NCBI RefSeq assembly: GCF_036321535.1
Contig: NC_087436.1
Span: forward strand, 46,998,001-47,058,000
Reading direction: 5' to 3'
Length of the DNA stretch: 60,000 nt
DNA from: Camelus dromedarius
Lineage: Eukaryota
In this document: piece by piece, positions 25,701-38,149 of the stretch
Layout: every line of letters begins with the position of its first letter
Numbering within the stretch: position 1 is the first letter of the stretch
Made by a program: the position numbers and the translations under genes
The notes under the pieces: model-generated
Seen by the model: only the letters and a program-made list of their open reading frames with translations
Databases searched by the model: none
What the model was told of the DNA's origin: nothing

Positions 25701-27689
25701 AGGGAGGAAGAGGCTCAGTAAATGACAGACTTTGTTATGTTGTTTTTTAAGGGCTTGCTGAGAGGCACAGTCCATGCTCTCAAGAGACTTGTGGACATAG
25801 GCGGAGGAGGCAAAGGTGTAAACATCACATGGGCCCCAGAGTAGACTCTCCATAGGGTAAAGTTTCAAGGTGATGAACAAAGGAAGTGCCGCCATGCCTC
25901 CTAGGGTGGGGAAATACTTCACAGAAAAGCTGACACAACCTGAGCCACATAGGATGTTTAAGTACGAGACTGTCAGCAAAGACTGGAATGGCACTGTAGA
26001 TGGAGGGAACAGCATGAGCTAAGGCTTGGAAGTTCAGAATATCTGGAGTCTATAGGATAAGCCTGACCCATATGGCATAAGACTGGAATGCAGGAGACAG
26101 GAGGCCTGAGGGAGAGTCAGCAGCAGAGTAGAGTGAATATTTAGCCCCCTGCTTATAAGCAGCAGGGGGTGTTCATGTGTTTTCCCTTCATTCATTTTAA
26201 CTGGAAAAATAACATGTTCATTGTTAAAGAAAAGTCAAGTCGTATAAAAGTGCACAGATTAAAAAGCAAATGATCCTGTCCATTCCTTAGAGGTAACAGT
26301 TTACTATTTACCCATCTGGATTTTTCACTGAAGAGTGTTTTAAGCAAGAAAGTGGCATGATCAGATTTTGTATTAAAAAATCACTCTTGGTACAAGGGAG
26401 CGGAGGGGGTGGCTGAAGGCAGGCAGACTCCCCCAGTGCCTGCGGCAGGTCTTTCTTTCAGAGACCACAGGAGCCTGCATGGAGGCGGTGTTGTAGAGTG
26501 GAGAAGAGGGCACCTGGCTCCTCATCAGTGGAAGGGTGACAGAGAGGGAGGAGTCAAGGATGATTCCTTGATTTTGGCTTAAATTAATGAGATTGGAAAT
26601 ATGGAAGAAACACAGGTTTGTGGGGGGAAATTATAATTTTGGACATGAATTTGATGTGACCATGGGACATTCAGGCAAGGAGGTCCCAGGTCTGGGGCTG
26701 AGGAGAGAAACCTGGTTTAAAAAAGCAGGTATGGAGAAGACTTCACGTGATGTGAGATCACTCAGGGAGAAGCAGAGGAAGGCATACATGTAAGAAATGC
26801 TCAGAGATGGGGGCCTTCACAAGGAGATGAGGAGGAGCCGACCTCGGACGGGAGAGAGGAGGGCTGTGTCGCAGTAGGTGAGGCAGGACAGACTTCAAGA
26901 AGGATCAGAAGTGTCCAATGCTGTGAGGGAACAAGTCATCTGACTTAAGTGAAAACGAGCTTTGGTCACCATAGTAATCAGGGAGACTTACTGGAATGGG
27001 TTCAGTACATCATTCATGTATATTATTAGAAATGAACAGAAAGGAATACAACACAATGTCAACAGTAATTATTTCTGAGAATTGAGATTATGGATGATAG
27101 CTATTTCCTTCTGCTCCTAGAAAAGAGACAAGGGGTAAGGGAGGAAGAAGAAGATGTAATATTCATTTTGCAACATGCAAAAAAGGAATAACATTTTAAA
27201 ATTATATTGGTGAAGCAACTTTATTCAAAATGCTCAAGCATTTAAAGTCATAAGGGAAGTCGCCAACTTTATGGGGAATATGGCAGAAAATAATATTGCT
27301 GTTACATATTACTAACTGCTGTTTTGTAAAAGCGTCCCATGAAGCATGGCGGGAAGCTTTTTGGTTCCCCCAGACATGCCACAAAGCTCAAAAACCCGTG
27401 GCTCAAAAAGTTTGGGTGGTCCCCAAACTTCAGCCATTTAAGTCCATGATTTCTGTCAAATCCCTTTACCACTAGTCTTACTATTTAATTAACATTATAC
27501 TTAAATAGACTCATTTTTTAAACTTAAATGGATCCATTTATAACACAATAGTAAATAGAAAATAATTATCATAATACACAGACGGTAACCGAAAACTAAG
27601 TATACTGAAAACAAAACAACTGTTAGTAATTCTAGCAAGATGCTCCAGCCTGAGGCCCGAACCAGCTCTCTGGTAATAAGGAGCGTGTC

Positions 27690-28680
27690 TACGAGAAACA
27701 GCGAGGAAACCAGTAGGGCTGGTGCTCAGTAAGCAAGGGGAAGAGCAGTAGGAGATGAGCCAGAAAGTCAGGGGTGGGCGGGGACCACATAGGGCCTTGT
27801 GGACCGCTGTGAAATTGTAAACTACTGGAGAGTTCCATGCAGAGGAAAGACCTAAACTGACTTAGGTTTAAGAGGATCCCTTTGGCACCTTTGCATACAA
27901 CAGGCAGAGACAAGGAGACCAGTTGGGAGGCTGTTGTCAAAATCCAGATGAAAGATGATGGCAACTTGAACCAGGCTGGAGAGGAGTAGGTGGTTCTGGT
28001 TATACTGCACAGGTAAAGGTTTGTAGATAGACTAGATATGAGGAAATCAGGGAAATATAAGGGTGAATATAAGGATAAATTTAAGGTTTTTGGCCTGAGC
28101 AGCAGCAGAACAGACCTGTCATTTCCTGAGACAGAGAAGACTGTGGAGAAGCAGATTTGGCGAAAGATCAGAAGTTAGGTTTTGAACATGTGAAGTCTCA
28201 GATACCCATCAGACACCCACATGGAAAGTTTGTAGATGCTGGATGTGCAAGTCTGTACGTTAGGGGCTAGGTCTAGGCCAAAGATTTAACTAAGAGTTGC
28301 TGGCCTCTACAATGTATTTAAAGGCAGGCTGGCTGAGGTCATCAAGGGGATGAATTAGATTAGAAGAGCAGGGGCTGAGAGGCTGAGCCATGGGGGCACC
28401 CCACCAACTAGAGGTCAGGGAGAATATGGGGAACAAGCAGAGGAGACCCAGGAGACCAGGAAACCCAGGAGTGGTGGCCCAGGAGACCAGGAAAGAAACA
28501 GAAGCTGATGTTATCCTGGAAGCCAAGTGAAGAAAGTGTTCAAATAAAGAGTAATCAGCTGTGTCAAATGCTGATGGTGGTCAAACAAGGAGATTGAGAA
28601 CAGACCATCAGATTGAGCAGTTCTGGTGGAGAGCTGGGGTCAAAAGTATGTCCACAGTGTGTTCAAGAGACAATGGGGAA
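27690..28680 (-). mobile_element. L2 LINE fragment
   Basis: ggagaccagttgggaggctgttg ... aaggtttttggcctgagca ... tgtgtcaaatgctg. Confidence 0.75.
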
Positions 28681-29256
28681 GACGAATGTACTTAGATTTG
28701 CCACTCTCTTTCTGTTGATTTTAGCATTGTTTAGAACCAAAAGAAAGGTCTGATTTTTTTTTCCTGACAAAATTAAGTATAATTGAATATTAGTTCTGCT
28801 CAATTTATTAACTGATTAATTCAGGTTAATAAAATAGCTTTTTCTTCAACAGTAGGGTGTTTTGCCTAAGATATTTAATAATTGGTTTAATTTTCTGCTT
28901 TACCTTTTACATGAACAAAATATTAGCTGCACGCTATAATATGTGTAGTATATCTGGTGAATATTCCACATCTGTAGTCTCTGTGGTAAGCAGCTTGTAC
29001 ATAATTTACATAAGTCAGTAAATACATATCTCCTGTTCCCTTTTGGTGAGGCACCAATACTCTAGAAGATAGGAGAAAGGAGACAGTAGGAAGAAGAAAA
29101 GCAAGCAATACTCCTGAATTATGTCCAACCTGATGATGGAGCTAGTTCCATTTAAATCCAGTATCTCGACACAACGGATGAACATAAAAGTAACATTCAT
29201 CCGTGCTCACAGTGTAAACAGCATCAGAGGCTGTGAGCATAATTACTGACTCACAC

Positions 29257-29393
29257 ACAATGTAAAGAAATAAATGTATGTATATATATGACTGAAACAT
29301 TATGCTGTACACCAGAAATTGATGCAACATTGCAAACTGACTAAACTTCAATATAAAAAAATTAAAAATAAAACCTATTTTTAAAAATTACCA
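29257..29393 (+). mobile_element. 5'-truncated lineage-specific L1 3' end
   Basis: atgactgaaacattatgctgtacaccagaaattgatgcaacattgcaaactgactaaacttcaat followed by an A-tail; typical cetartiodactyl/camelid L1 terminus. Confidence 0.8.
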
Positions 29394-31364
29394 AAATAAA
29401 GAGAAATTGCTCTTTCCTTTTAAATTAAATCTGTGTCATGTTGATCTGAAAACAATCCTGACTTTTTAAGTATATAAATGAGTTATAATGTCTGCAGTAT
29501 CATTTTTATTTGATTGTAAATTCTTCTTTCATCTTACCGAGACCAGAAGAAACTATGAGGAAACAGGATCTCACTCATCCCCTGGTTAACTAGAAGTGAG
29601 AGCAGCTGTACTGAAAGGATCCTAGTCCTAGTCCTAGGCTAGAAATGCAATTATTGTTGTTTTCTGTATTTCTTTTTCTTCTTTTTTTTTTTTTCTTCAG
29701 GAAAAAAGGAGCAGAAAGAGACGGTATATCTGAAAGAGTTACTTCCATAAGATGTTTCTCCCATAGTGCTGGGAACCATAAGATAACAGTCCTGTATTCA
29801 AATATGAGAGGCAGAAAATGTAATTTACTTCAAGCATTATGTGAAACAGAATAGGCTTTAAAAAAAAATAAACCACAGTAAGCGAAAAATTCACAGTAAC
29901 TAATACACAATGTCCATTTGTTTTTCAAGTTTTTTTCACTTAATCAAAAAATAAATAGATATAATGATGGTGATTTTCATTTAAAGATCATTTTTGCTAT
30001 TGCTATTATTGGAATAGTGAATATAATTAATTATAGAGCATTAATTCTTACATGGAAAACAAATACCAAACCTTGGTTTACAAGTGAAGGGGCGAAACAA
30101 AAGAGAGTATTTAGTTATTAAGTAAACTTCTTGTTTCTTTTTCTCAGATTCTAACTTAATTTTAATTGTTGCTCTCTAAATGACCTTCTTATAGAAATGA
30201 ATCTTTTTTATTATCTCAATTTTCAGCTCAATTATAATTTGTTACCTACACAGACACTATGCAAAGGTGTTTCCTACATAGGTGACTCCTTCTGGCGACC
30301 AATTCACCACCTTGGGCACCAAATCATCCTTCCTATCAGTTTTTAATTCCCTTCATTTTCAGGAGTCAAACTATGAAATTCTCATAGCTCACCAGTGGAA
30401 ACAGTTTATCAAGTGATTTCACACCACACATGCTGCAGGGTCCCTGCAGAAAGGGGGACAGATGAAAGGCAGCGAGGAGCAGACAGCAGCTGTGGGGCGT
30501 TCTGCAGTCACACCTGGACAGAGTCCTGAGTGTTGTTTTCACATGATTGTTTTTATTTCCCTCACAGCATGCCACGTCTCTCTGGACTACCAGGATAGTG
30601 ATCCAAGAAGTTCTGACACTTAGCTAAGAAGTCGTCTGACCTGAACCATACTGCAGTTCATTCCACAGGCCTCTTTCGGACAATTCTGACCTGTTTACTG
30701 CTCAGATAGTACTGGCATGGGCGTTTGAACCCATGTTTAAGTTAATGAAATTTTCCCCTTCCTGGAAGTCTAGGTTTATCTTCATGTTAGAGAAGGAAAG
30801 AGAGAGAGAGACAGAGAAGACAAGAATGTCAACTATTTCACAATAAGGGGAAAAAACATCAGACTACATCCCGTCTCTATATTTTAACACTTCCCATAAG
30901 AAAAATCCAGGAAATGTGCTTTTTTCCCCCCCAACAAGTTCAGTTTTGTGCCACAGCCAAGAAACCCTCCTTTTTGCTGTGTTCAACTTCATGTATACAG
31001 TGGACTAGATCAGACAGAGGCCAAAGGAATGCTAAGTTCAGCAGGCATGTGCGAGGGGCAAGCACAAATCCGCTGTGTTGCTGTGCTGTGTTTCTACACC
31101 CACAAAGATCCTCACATTCCCAATCCTCTGGGATGAAGCTGCCTCTGGAACTCACCCCATCACCTCCTTCTCAACTTACCCTCCCCAGTCTCCTCCCTCA
31201 AACATCCACGTCTGGAGCACCCAAGCCCTTTTCTGACTGTTGCGTCTGTTGGGACCACAAACATCATTTCATCTATTGCATTGAAAAACAATTTGCAATA
31301 CAGATATTTCAATGAATTCACTTGGTCGGTGTTTCAATTCAGCATTTCTCTTTTTAAAAGATAA

Positions 31365-31520
31365 ACTTACTTTTTTTAATTAAGCTTTTTTGGGGGGATT
31401 AGGTTTGTTTGTTTGTTTTATTTTGTTTTATTTTATTTTTAGATGGAGGTACTGGGGATTCAACCCAGGACCTTGTGCATGCTAGGCATGTGCTCTAGCG
31501 CTTGAGCTATACATTCCTCC
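31365..31520 (-). mobile_element. tRNA-Ala-derived SINE (camelid vic-1 type)
   Basis: Reverse complement reads gtatagctcaagcgctagagcacatgcctagcatgcacaaggtcctgggttgaatccccagtacctcca, then A-rich tail with aacctaatcccccc. Confidence 0.9.
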
Positions 31521-33048
31521 TGCAGCTCTTTTATTTTTAAAATCTTCTTCATCATCTTACATTTTAATATTTTTATCTTCTTCTTCTACTAATATTGATT
31601 CATTGCATATAAATGTTTTTAAAAGCACAAAGAAGATAAAAACCACCCATATATCTCCACCGTTCAGAGAAAACTTCAGTCAGGATTTTAGTGCCTACAC
31701 TTATGGGTATATTCAGTAGACATCGTGAGTGCCCGCTATGTTGCAGGACTTGTTTTAGGCACCAGGTATACTGTGGCAAACAAGACAGTGCCCACCCTCA
31801 TAGACTTACATGCTAATAAATGATATGTACAGAGGGATTTTTAAAATAAGGCAAGACTGTACTTATTCTTTTATGATCTGCTTTTTCTGCTTAGCAATAT
31901 ATCACTAACATTTCTCCAAGTGAATAAAATTTTTACAACATCATTTTCACAGCTGCATAGTGCTCCACAGTACAGCTATATTAGAATTAACTTAATAAAT
32001 CCCCCAGTTCAAACAACTAGAACTTTCAAAGTTATAACCTACATTTCTACAAACATCTCATTAAGAGTCTTTTGAATATATCTTTCCTGATCTTCTTGCT
32101 GGCAAAATAATTTCAGGAATCATTGTTAACATAATTGTTATCCCTTAAACACCCTTCACTTTAGTGGTGGCATCAGTTTAATCCTTAATTCTCTGTACTT
32201 TTGATGAAAGAATCTATAGCTTATTTTCAAAGTCACAGTAAAAGATGACATGTTCATGTACTTATACCCAAGTAATGCCTCTCTACTACAAAGGTACATC
32301 AAGACCTTAAAGTAGATACCTCACCATAAGATTCTCTACCCATTTCTTTCAGGAAATTACTCTGCTCTCTTTATTGCATAAGGGTTTAAATCTCTGAAAT
32401 GGCTGAAATGATCTTTGCAACTATAAACCATCTGCCTAAGCCTAAGGCTAATGCCCCATGAAGGTATTCTAGTTGAAAACTCCAGGCACAGGACAAAAGG
32501 AGATTTACTGTCCGGCCCATGTGTGGCCAAGAAGCAACTGAGGAAGCAGAACTGAAAGTGAAGTCTGGGTGGGAGTGGGAGCTCTCCACGTTACATATTT
32601 CCTGACAAACCTTTGATCCTAAAGAGCTTCGAGTTTAGCAGTTTTGCAGTCATTCTCAAAAATATGATATAGAAAATCTTCAACTTACGTATCTCCCAAA
32701 GTTCAATAGTAAATCTATTTAGAACGTAGAAAGATACTCAAAGAAACAATTCAGGAACACACTTGAACTACAACTATTCATTGAGCCCCTATTTTGTGCA
32801 AAGCACTATTACGGTACACTTAAGATGACGGATTACAAGTTCAAACTAGTTCACAGACTTATTTCACCCTCCAATGAAGTTGAAAGTCTGTATTTGTCAT
32901 GAAAAATAGTATATAACATATTGTTATAATATTCTTTGATACATTTTTGATCATCTACTGTTTCAAGGGAATTGTGCGAGGTACCATGGGGGCTACAAAG
33001 ATGAACCAGACAAAAACTTGTCATTAAAGGGCTGACAGATTACAGCTG

Positions 33049-33328
33049 CAGCCGTGTTACTACAGATGTGCTACTAAGCCCTCGAAATGGGGCTAGTCTG
33101 ACCTGAGAGTGCTGTCAGTGGACAGCACACCAAATTTGAAAAACTTAGTATGAAATAATGTGATGTCTTTCATTAATAAGTTTTGATAATGACTACATGT
33201 TGAAATGGTGATGTTTTGGGTATTTGGGTTAAATAAAATATATTATTAAAATTAATTTAACCTGTTTCTTTCCAGCTTTTTAATTTAAAATTACATATGA
33301 CTTCATTATACTTGTGTTGGCAGTACTG
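33049..33328 (-). mobile_element. MER33-like hAT-Charlie element
   Basis: gggttaaataaaatatattattaaaattaatttaacctgtttcttt and gaaatggggctagt motifs. Confidence 0.7.
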
Positions 33329-33479
33329 ATCCACATAATTATAGCTACTGCCCATTCAGTGTTCATACTATGTGCCAGGTAATTTTATACCAAATGTAAG
33401 TACCTTATTTCCCATAAGGGATGTATTACAGATGAGGACCCAGAAGGTTCAAAAGTTATATGAATTCATTATGCAATAC

Positions 33480-34090
33480 GTATCTAGTACATTTTCTGTG
33501 CCCCAAGAACTGTTGTAGGCATCGGGGATACAACAAAACATAGTCCCTCCTCTCACAGAACTTACATTCTAGTGGGAGAGAAAGGTAATACATAAGTATA
33601 AAAAGTATGGCCAGCAGTGAGAGTGAGGAAAGATGAAGCCTGTAAAAGATGGAGAGTACCCAGAGTTAAGGTGAGGTGAGGGTGGGCTACTTTTTAAGAT
33701 GACAAGGTCTGGTCATCTGAAAAGAAACATGAAGGAGTGAGTCCTGCCAGTATCGACCTGGCCAGGAGTTTCTGGGTAGAGGCAACAAGTAAAGGACTGA
33801 GCATGTGTGTGTGCGCGTGCGCGCACGTGTGAGCATGCATGAACACTTTACACACTTCAGGAACAGCAGGAGAGTCAGTGGTCTAGAGAGCAGTGAACAA
33901 GGAGTAGAAGGCAAAGCTGAGGAGCCAGTTCATGTAGTGACCTGGAAGCCACCATGGCAAGGAAACATTCAAGGAGGGCTTTGGCTGCTCTGTGACACAT
34001 GGACTGTTGTGGGGCATGTGAGGAACCCAGCAAGAGTGGAAGCCAGAGGCCAGCTAGGAGGCTACTGCAATAGTGAAAAGAGATCTTACG
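33480..34090 (-). mobile_element. L2 LINE fragment
   Basis: gtccctcctctcacagaacttacattctagtggga ... ccagctaggaggctactgcaatagt. Confidence 0.6.
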
Positions 34091-36367
34091 AGGGCTGTCT
34101 GACTCAGCCACTGGAGATTTGCTGTTCCTGCAACACAGAGTAAAATAATCTAAAAATTACGCAGAGAATTTGAATGGCAAAGGTCAAATATCTGGATAAT
34201 TCAAGCCTCAAAATTAATTTGGGAGTCTACAGAGTTATCTGAACTGGCAGTCAAAAATCACCATCAAACTTCAGAGGACAGTAATTTATCTCTGTCCCTT
34301 GCTTTCTGCCAATTTAACCTAAGGGAAGTGGACTTGAGATCTGTAATTGGCAGAGTGGGACTGCAGGACCTTAAAGTCAGATTCAGATCAAGCAAACTAG
34401 CTTTATTTTTGCCAAAGAAAAGTGTTTCGTTGAGCCAGATGACAATTTTGTAGCCTAACCTATTTGCATTGGCTCTGTCTACCTTCTGAATTACTCCCAT
34501 AATTGCTAATTCTGAGTTTAATTTAAGCATAGCTGCACATGGAAGACAGAGCTAAGGAAAAACTAGAAGCTGTGTCTTGAATAAACGTATAAATTAGTCT
34601 AGAAAACTCCACTCAATTAGGCTGCTTTTATAGACAGAAGTATTTCAAGTAAAGAAAGCATCCTCAAGGTCAAATGTTATGTAGGCCAAGTCCCTCCTTC
34701 TCTGAGAGGTAAATGGACGTTTGAAGTAGGCACCGAGTTTCAAATGAAAACAAATAAAAATCAGTCACAAGGACCTCCAAAAGTCACATCTTGATAAAAA
34801 GGAGGCTCAATCCTGACCCTCCAGGTTGGTTTATTTACTTTGATGGAACTCACTGGAAAATTGTTCGACTCCATGCTTCACTGTGCCTGTGTAGATGTGT
34901 TTTCTGGGCATTGGATGTAGTTCCTGTCAGTCAGGCACTTTCCTGGAGCACTAAAATGTACAGATTACACACATCAAAGGCAGGCTGCAACCACTGTAGC
35001 TGAAATTTACACAAATCTGTGCTGCAAGTAACTGGATAAACAATGAGACTAATGACCTTGTTCTGCATTAATCTCCATATGGCTCTGTTGGTACTGCTCT
35101 TGCCTTCAGGCAAGAAGGTTGTGGCTTTGGCTTCTAGCCTCAGACCAGGGATTAGGCGCGGGCCCAAAGCTGACAGAGCCCAGAGCCCTGCCCCTACAGC
35201 CCAGGGAGCCTGAGAAGACTACAGAGGCCATCCATCTTAAGTACACTTACCAAAATTCAAGAAACATCCCTATTACCATATTCACTGAGGAAACAGACTT
35301 GTGAAAATAAGAAAAATCCTTTAGCCATGCCTCCCCCTTCAGAGAATTTATTTTCTTTAGGAGGGCCCAGGATATTCCTTGAGTATTTTCAGGGCCTCCT
35401 CACTGTCCCCCAAAATAAGACAGAACCCCCAGTGTCTTGGTCCATGTTCTTCTTTCATCCAAGGATAAATTTCATAATGGCTGCCATCTATAAAGAAGAG
35501 TGAAAGGAAGGACTGAAGTTGACTGGTAAACTTGATCAGCAATCACATCTAACCTGGGACATTTGCAGAAAGATATGATAAAAATAGAGGGTCCTCTCCC
35601 TACCCGCCAAGTGCTGCTCCCCACCCCACCACCCATTGCTATAGAGTCCCTTCAACACTATTTGTGAAATCTGCATGTTGCTGCTAGCAGAGGCAGCCAA
35701 AAGAGCTGGAAAATCTCAGAAAGATTCTGTACTGGGCAGCTTTGGGCCACAGTAAAAGGAGACCGGAACACCAGAAACCACCCCTTACTCTTGCTTTCAT
35801 CACCTTGTACACAGGTCACAGTGAAAAGTTTATACTGGGAGGTGGAGCTCAGGAAATGACTCCATCAAGGGGGTTACCTTAGGTTAGAAAGGATCACGCA
35901 TGAAGCACATGCAGCAAAACGCCCTAAGTGCTACACATGTGGTACTCCTGTCACTTCACACCCGGCCCCAGCCATCATCTTCACTGCCTTGTAAACCTGA
36001 GATGCCTCAACCTAAGGGATATAATCACATTCTATTCTGAAACATAAATTCTGGTGGGATTTACACAGTCTTAAGGAATATCTTTTATACACCTTTCTAG
36101 TCACTCCCCTGTGTTCTTATTTCTGTTCTTGTTTTGAGTATTTTATCCATACGTATATTACTCCTTTCACAGGCCATCACATTCCCAATGCTGTTCACAG
36201 AGTTATTGTGAGTTGTGTCATATGCCTCACAAAAATTATTCTACACTCAATGTCATTTTTATTCATTCATTTATCAATTCATTAAGAGCCTATCATAAAC
36301 ATGAGGGACAGTTAAGGCACATTCTCTCTCTTTCTGGAATGTTCTTTCTCTCATCACAGTCTGGAGG

Positions 36368-36956
36368 TGAGACAGGAGGGAAGGGGACAGGGCACAAACA
36401 ATGAAGGAATGACACAGCAATTGAGGACAAGACAAACTGGTTATAACCAAGATGGTGGGAAATTTGACTCCTAGTAGACATTGAGCCTCATGGCACACCC
36501 ATAAGGTGCCTTGACAGTTCCTAGGTTGACCATAAAGGCCAAAAAGTAGGCGGGTCCAATTCCTGGAAATCTCTGCCCCTTTCCCAATGTAGCTGGAATA
36601 ATCCTTTCTACTCATTAGCATATGAAATTATCAAAGTCATAAAAACTAACAACCCCACGCCTCGTGGTCACTCTCTCTTGCCTTCTGAGATGGCACGCAC
36701 TCTATTGGGTGTGTATCTACTTTTACTATAAACCAAACACACCCACACCTCTCAGCCTCTCTCCCTCTTGCCTTTTGAGATGGCCTGCATCCTACCTATG
36801 GAGTACGTATCTTCTAAGCCAGTTTCTCTTCTGAGTGAGATGGACCCCACTCTGTCTACAGAGTGTGTATCTCTCTACACAAACTTACTTTCACTTCACT
36901 ATGCCTTGCTCTTGAATTCCTTCCTGGGTGAGGCAAGAACCTATTCTCCAGCAACA
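36368..36956 (+). mobile_element. ERV1 solo LTR, MER41-like
   Basis: TG...CA termini (tgagacagg...cagcaaca), 4-bp flanks gagg/gggg, 589 bp. MER41-like motifs (aagatgg, ttcctggaa, ttagcatat, cttgaattccttcctgggtgaggcaagaacc); three internal tgagatgg...gtatct repeats. Confidence 0.75.
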
Positions 36957-37149
36957 GGGGTAACAAATGCTAAGGTGATTTTTGTGCCTTTGTAACACAA
37001 GTGTTGCAGATGTGGAGATGGTCACAGCAATGAATGAGTGTGAAACTATCAGCATTTGCTCCTGTGGTAAAGATTCCTAATGCTTTAGAAGCTTTTTGTT
37101 TGACACCTACAAGTCTCCATAAGAATCATCGTTGCTTCCTACCTTACAT

Positions 37150-37340
37150 TTGTACATACTTTCACATGCAATATCTCACTAAATTTTTCTAGCAATCATG
37201 TCAAGTAGGCTATTATTACACTTATTTTGCAGAAAGGAAACTGAGTCTGGGAGAGGTTAAAGGGCTTGCCTGAGGTCACCACAGCGTGCAAGCGAGTGGC
37301 AGCACCTACCTTCAACCCAGGATTTCTGATTTTTTGCATT
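37150..37340 (-). mobile_element. MIR SINE
   Basis: attttgcagaaaggaaactgagtctgggagaggttaaagggcttgcctgaggtcac. Confidence 0.75.
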
Positions 37341-38149
37341 ATACGATTTCAAAGCTGTCTCTTTACATTGGTTACTTCTGAAACAACAGAATATTGCTCA
37401 AGAAGTGTATGCAAGGAGAGGCCTTAGAGTTATTTTTGTTTTGTTTTGTTTTTTACCATAAAGACAGAAACTTTCTGGCTAGTCAGGGTGTAAGAGAATA
37501 TTTCCAAAGTCTGTCAATCAGATTTCAAATCATAAAGACCAGAAGTGACAACTAGTGCTTTGGTAAAAATAATCTTAACACTTGTTTTCCAGATTTCTGT
37601 GCAAGGAAACTAAGCGGCACACCTTACGGTGTGTAGAAAAAGCAGCACTCTACACAACAACAAACACGTGCACATGTGTTGTATCAACGTTCTTTTCCCA
37701 AATGTGGTCGCAGAAGAAAGTGTGAAATATACTGAAATAAGACAATATTTATGGCTGAAGAAATTCGGCTTCACATAATGGTAATTATGAACAAGATATT
37801 TTCCCTAATAAAATTACTGCAAAGTAAAATCTGGAGAAACTAAGTGTTTCCCTATGTCCTCTTTACTTTATTCCATGTGCTCAAGAATAGTTGCGGGAGA
37901 GTATAGGGAGCGGGGCGGGGGTGGGGGGGGGTAGTTCTAGAGAGACGGCCTCTGCTGAGGGTTGGTTTTGCTTTAGAAACTGGAATGTGTCCAGGCTTGA
38001 TTTTTATTTTCAATTCACATTTCAGATCCAGCTCCCCAAACTCTTTGATCTTTCTCCCTGTCTCCTTACCCGGAAGAGAACCCTTGGCCTTCTCAGCTGG
38101 GAGCTGGGAGCACACGTGGAAAGACTGGCTCGGATCCATATTCTTGCCA

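Noticed and set aside
28441..28497. Repeated caggagacc units
   Set aside because: Short slippage duplication inside an L2 fragment; no spacer structure, not CRISPR-like.
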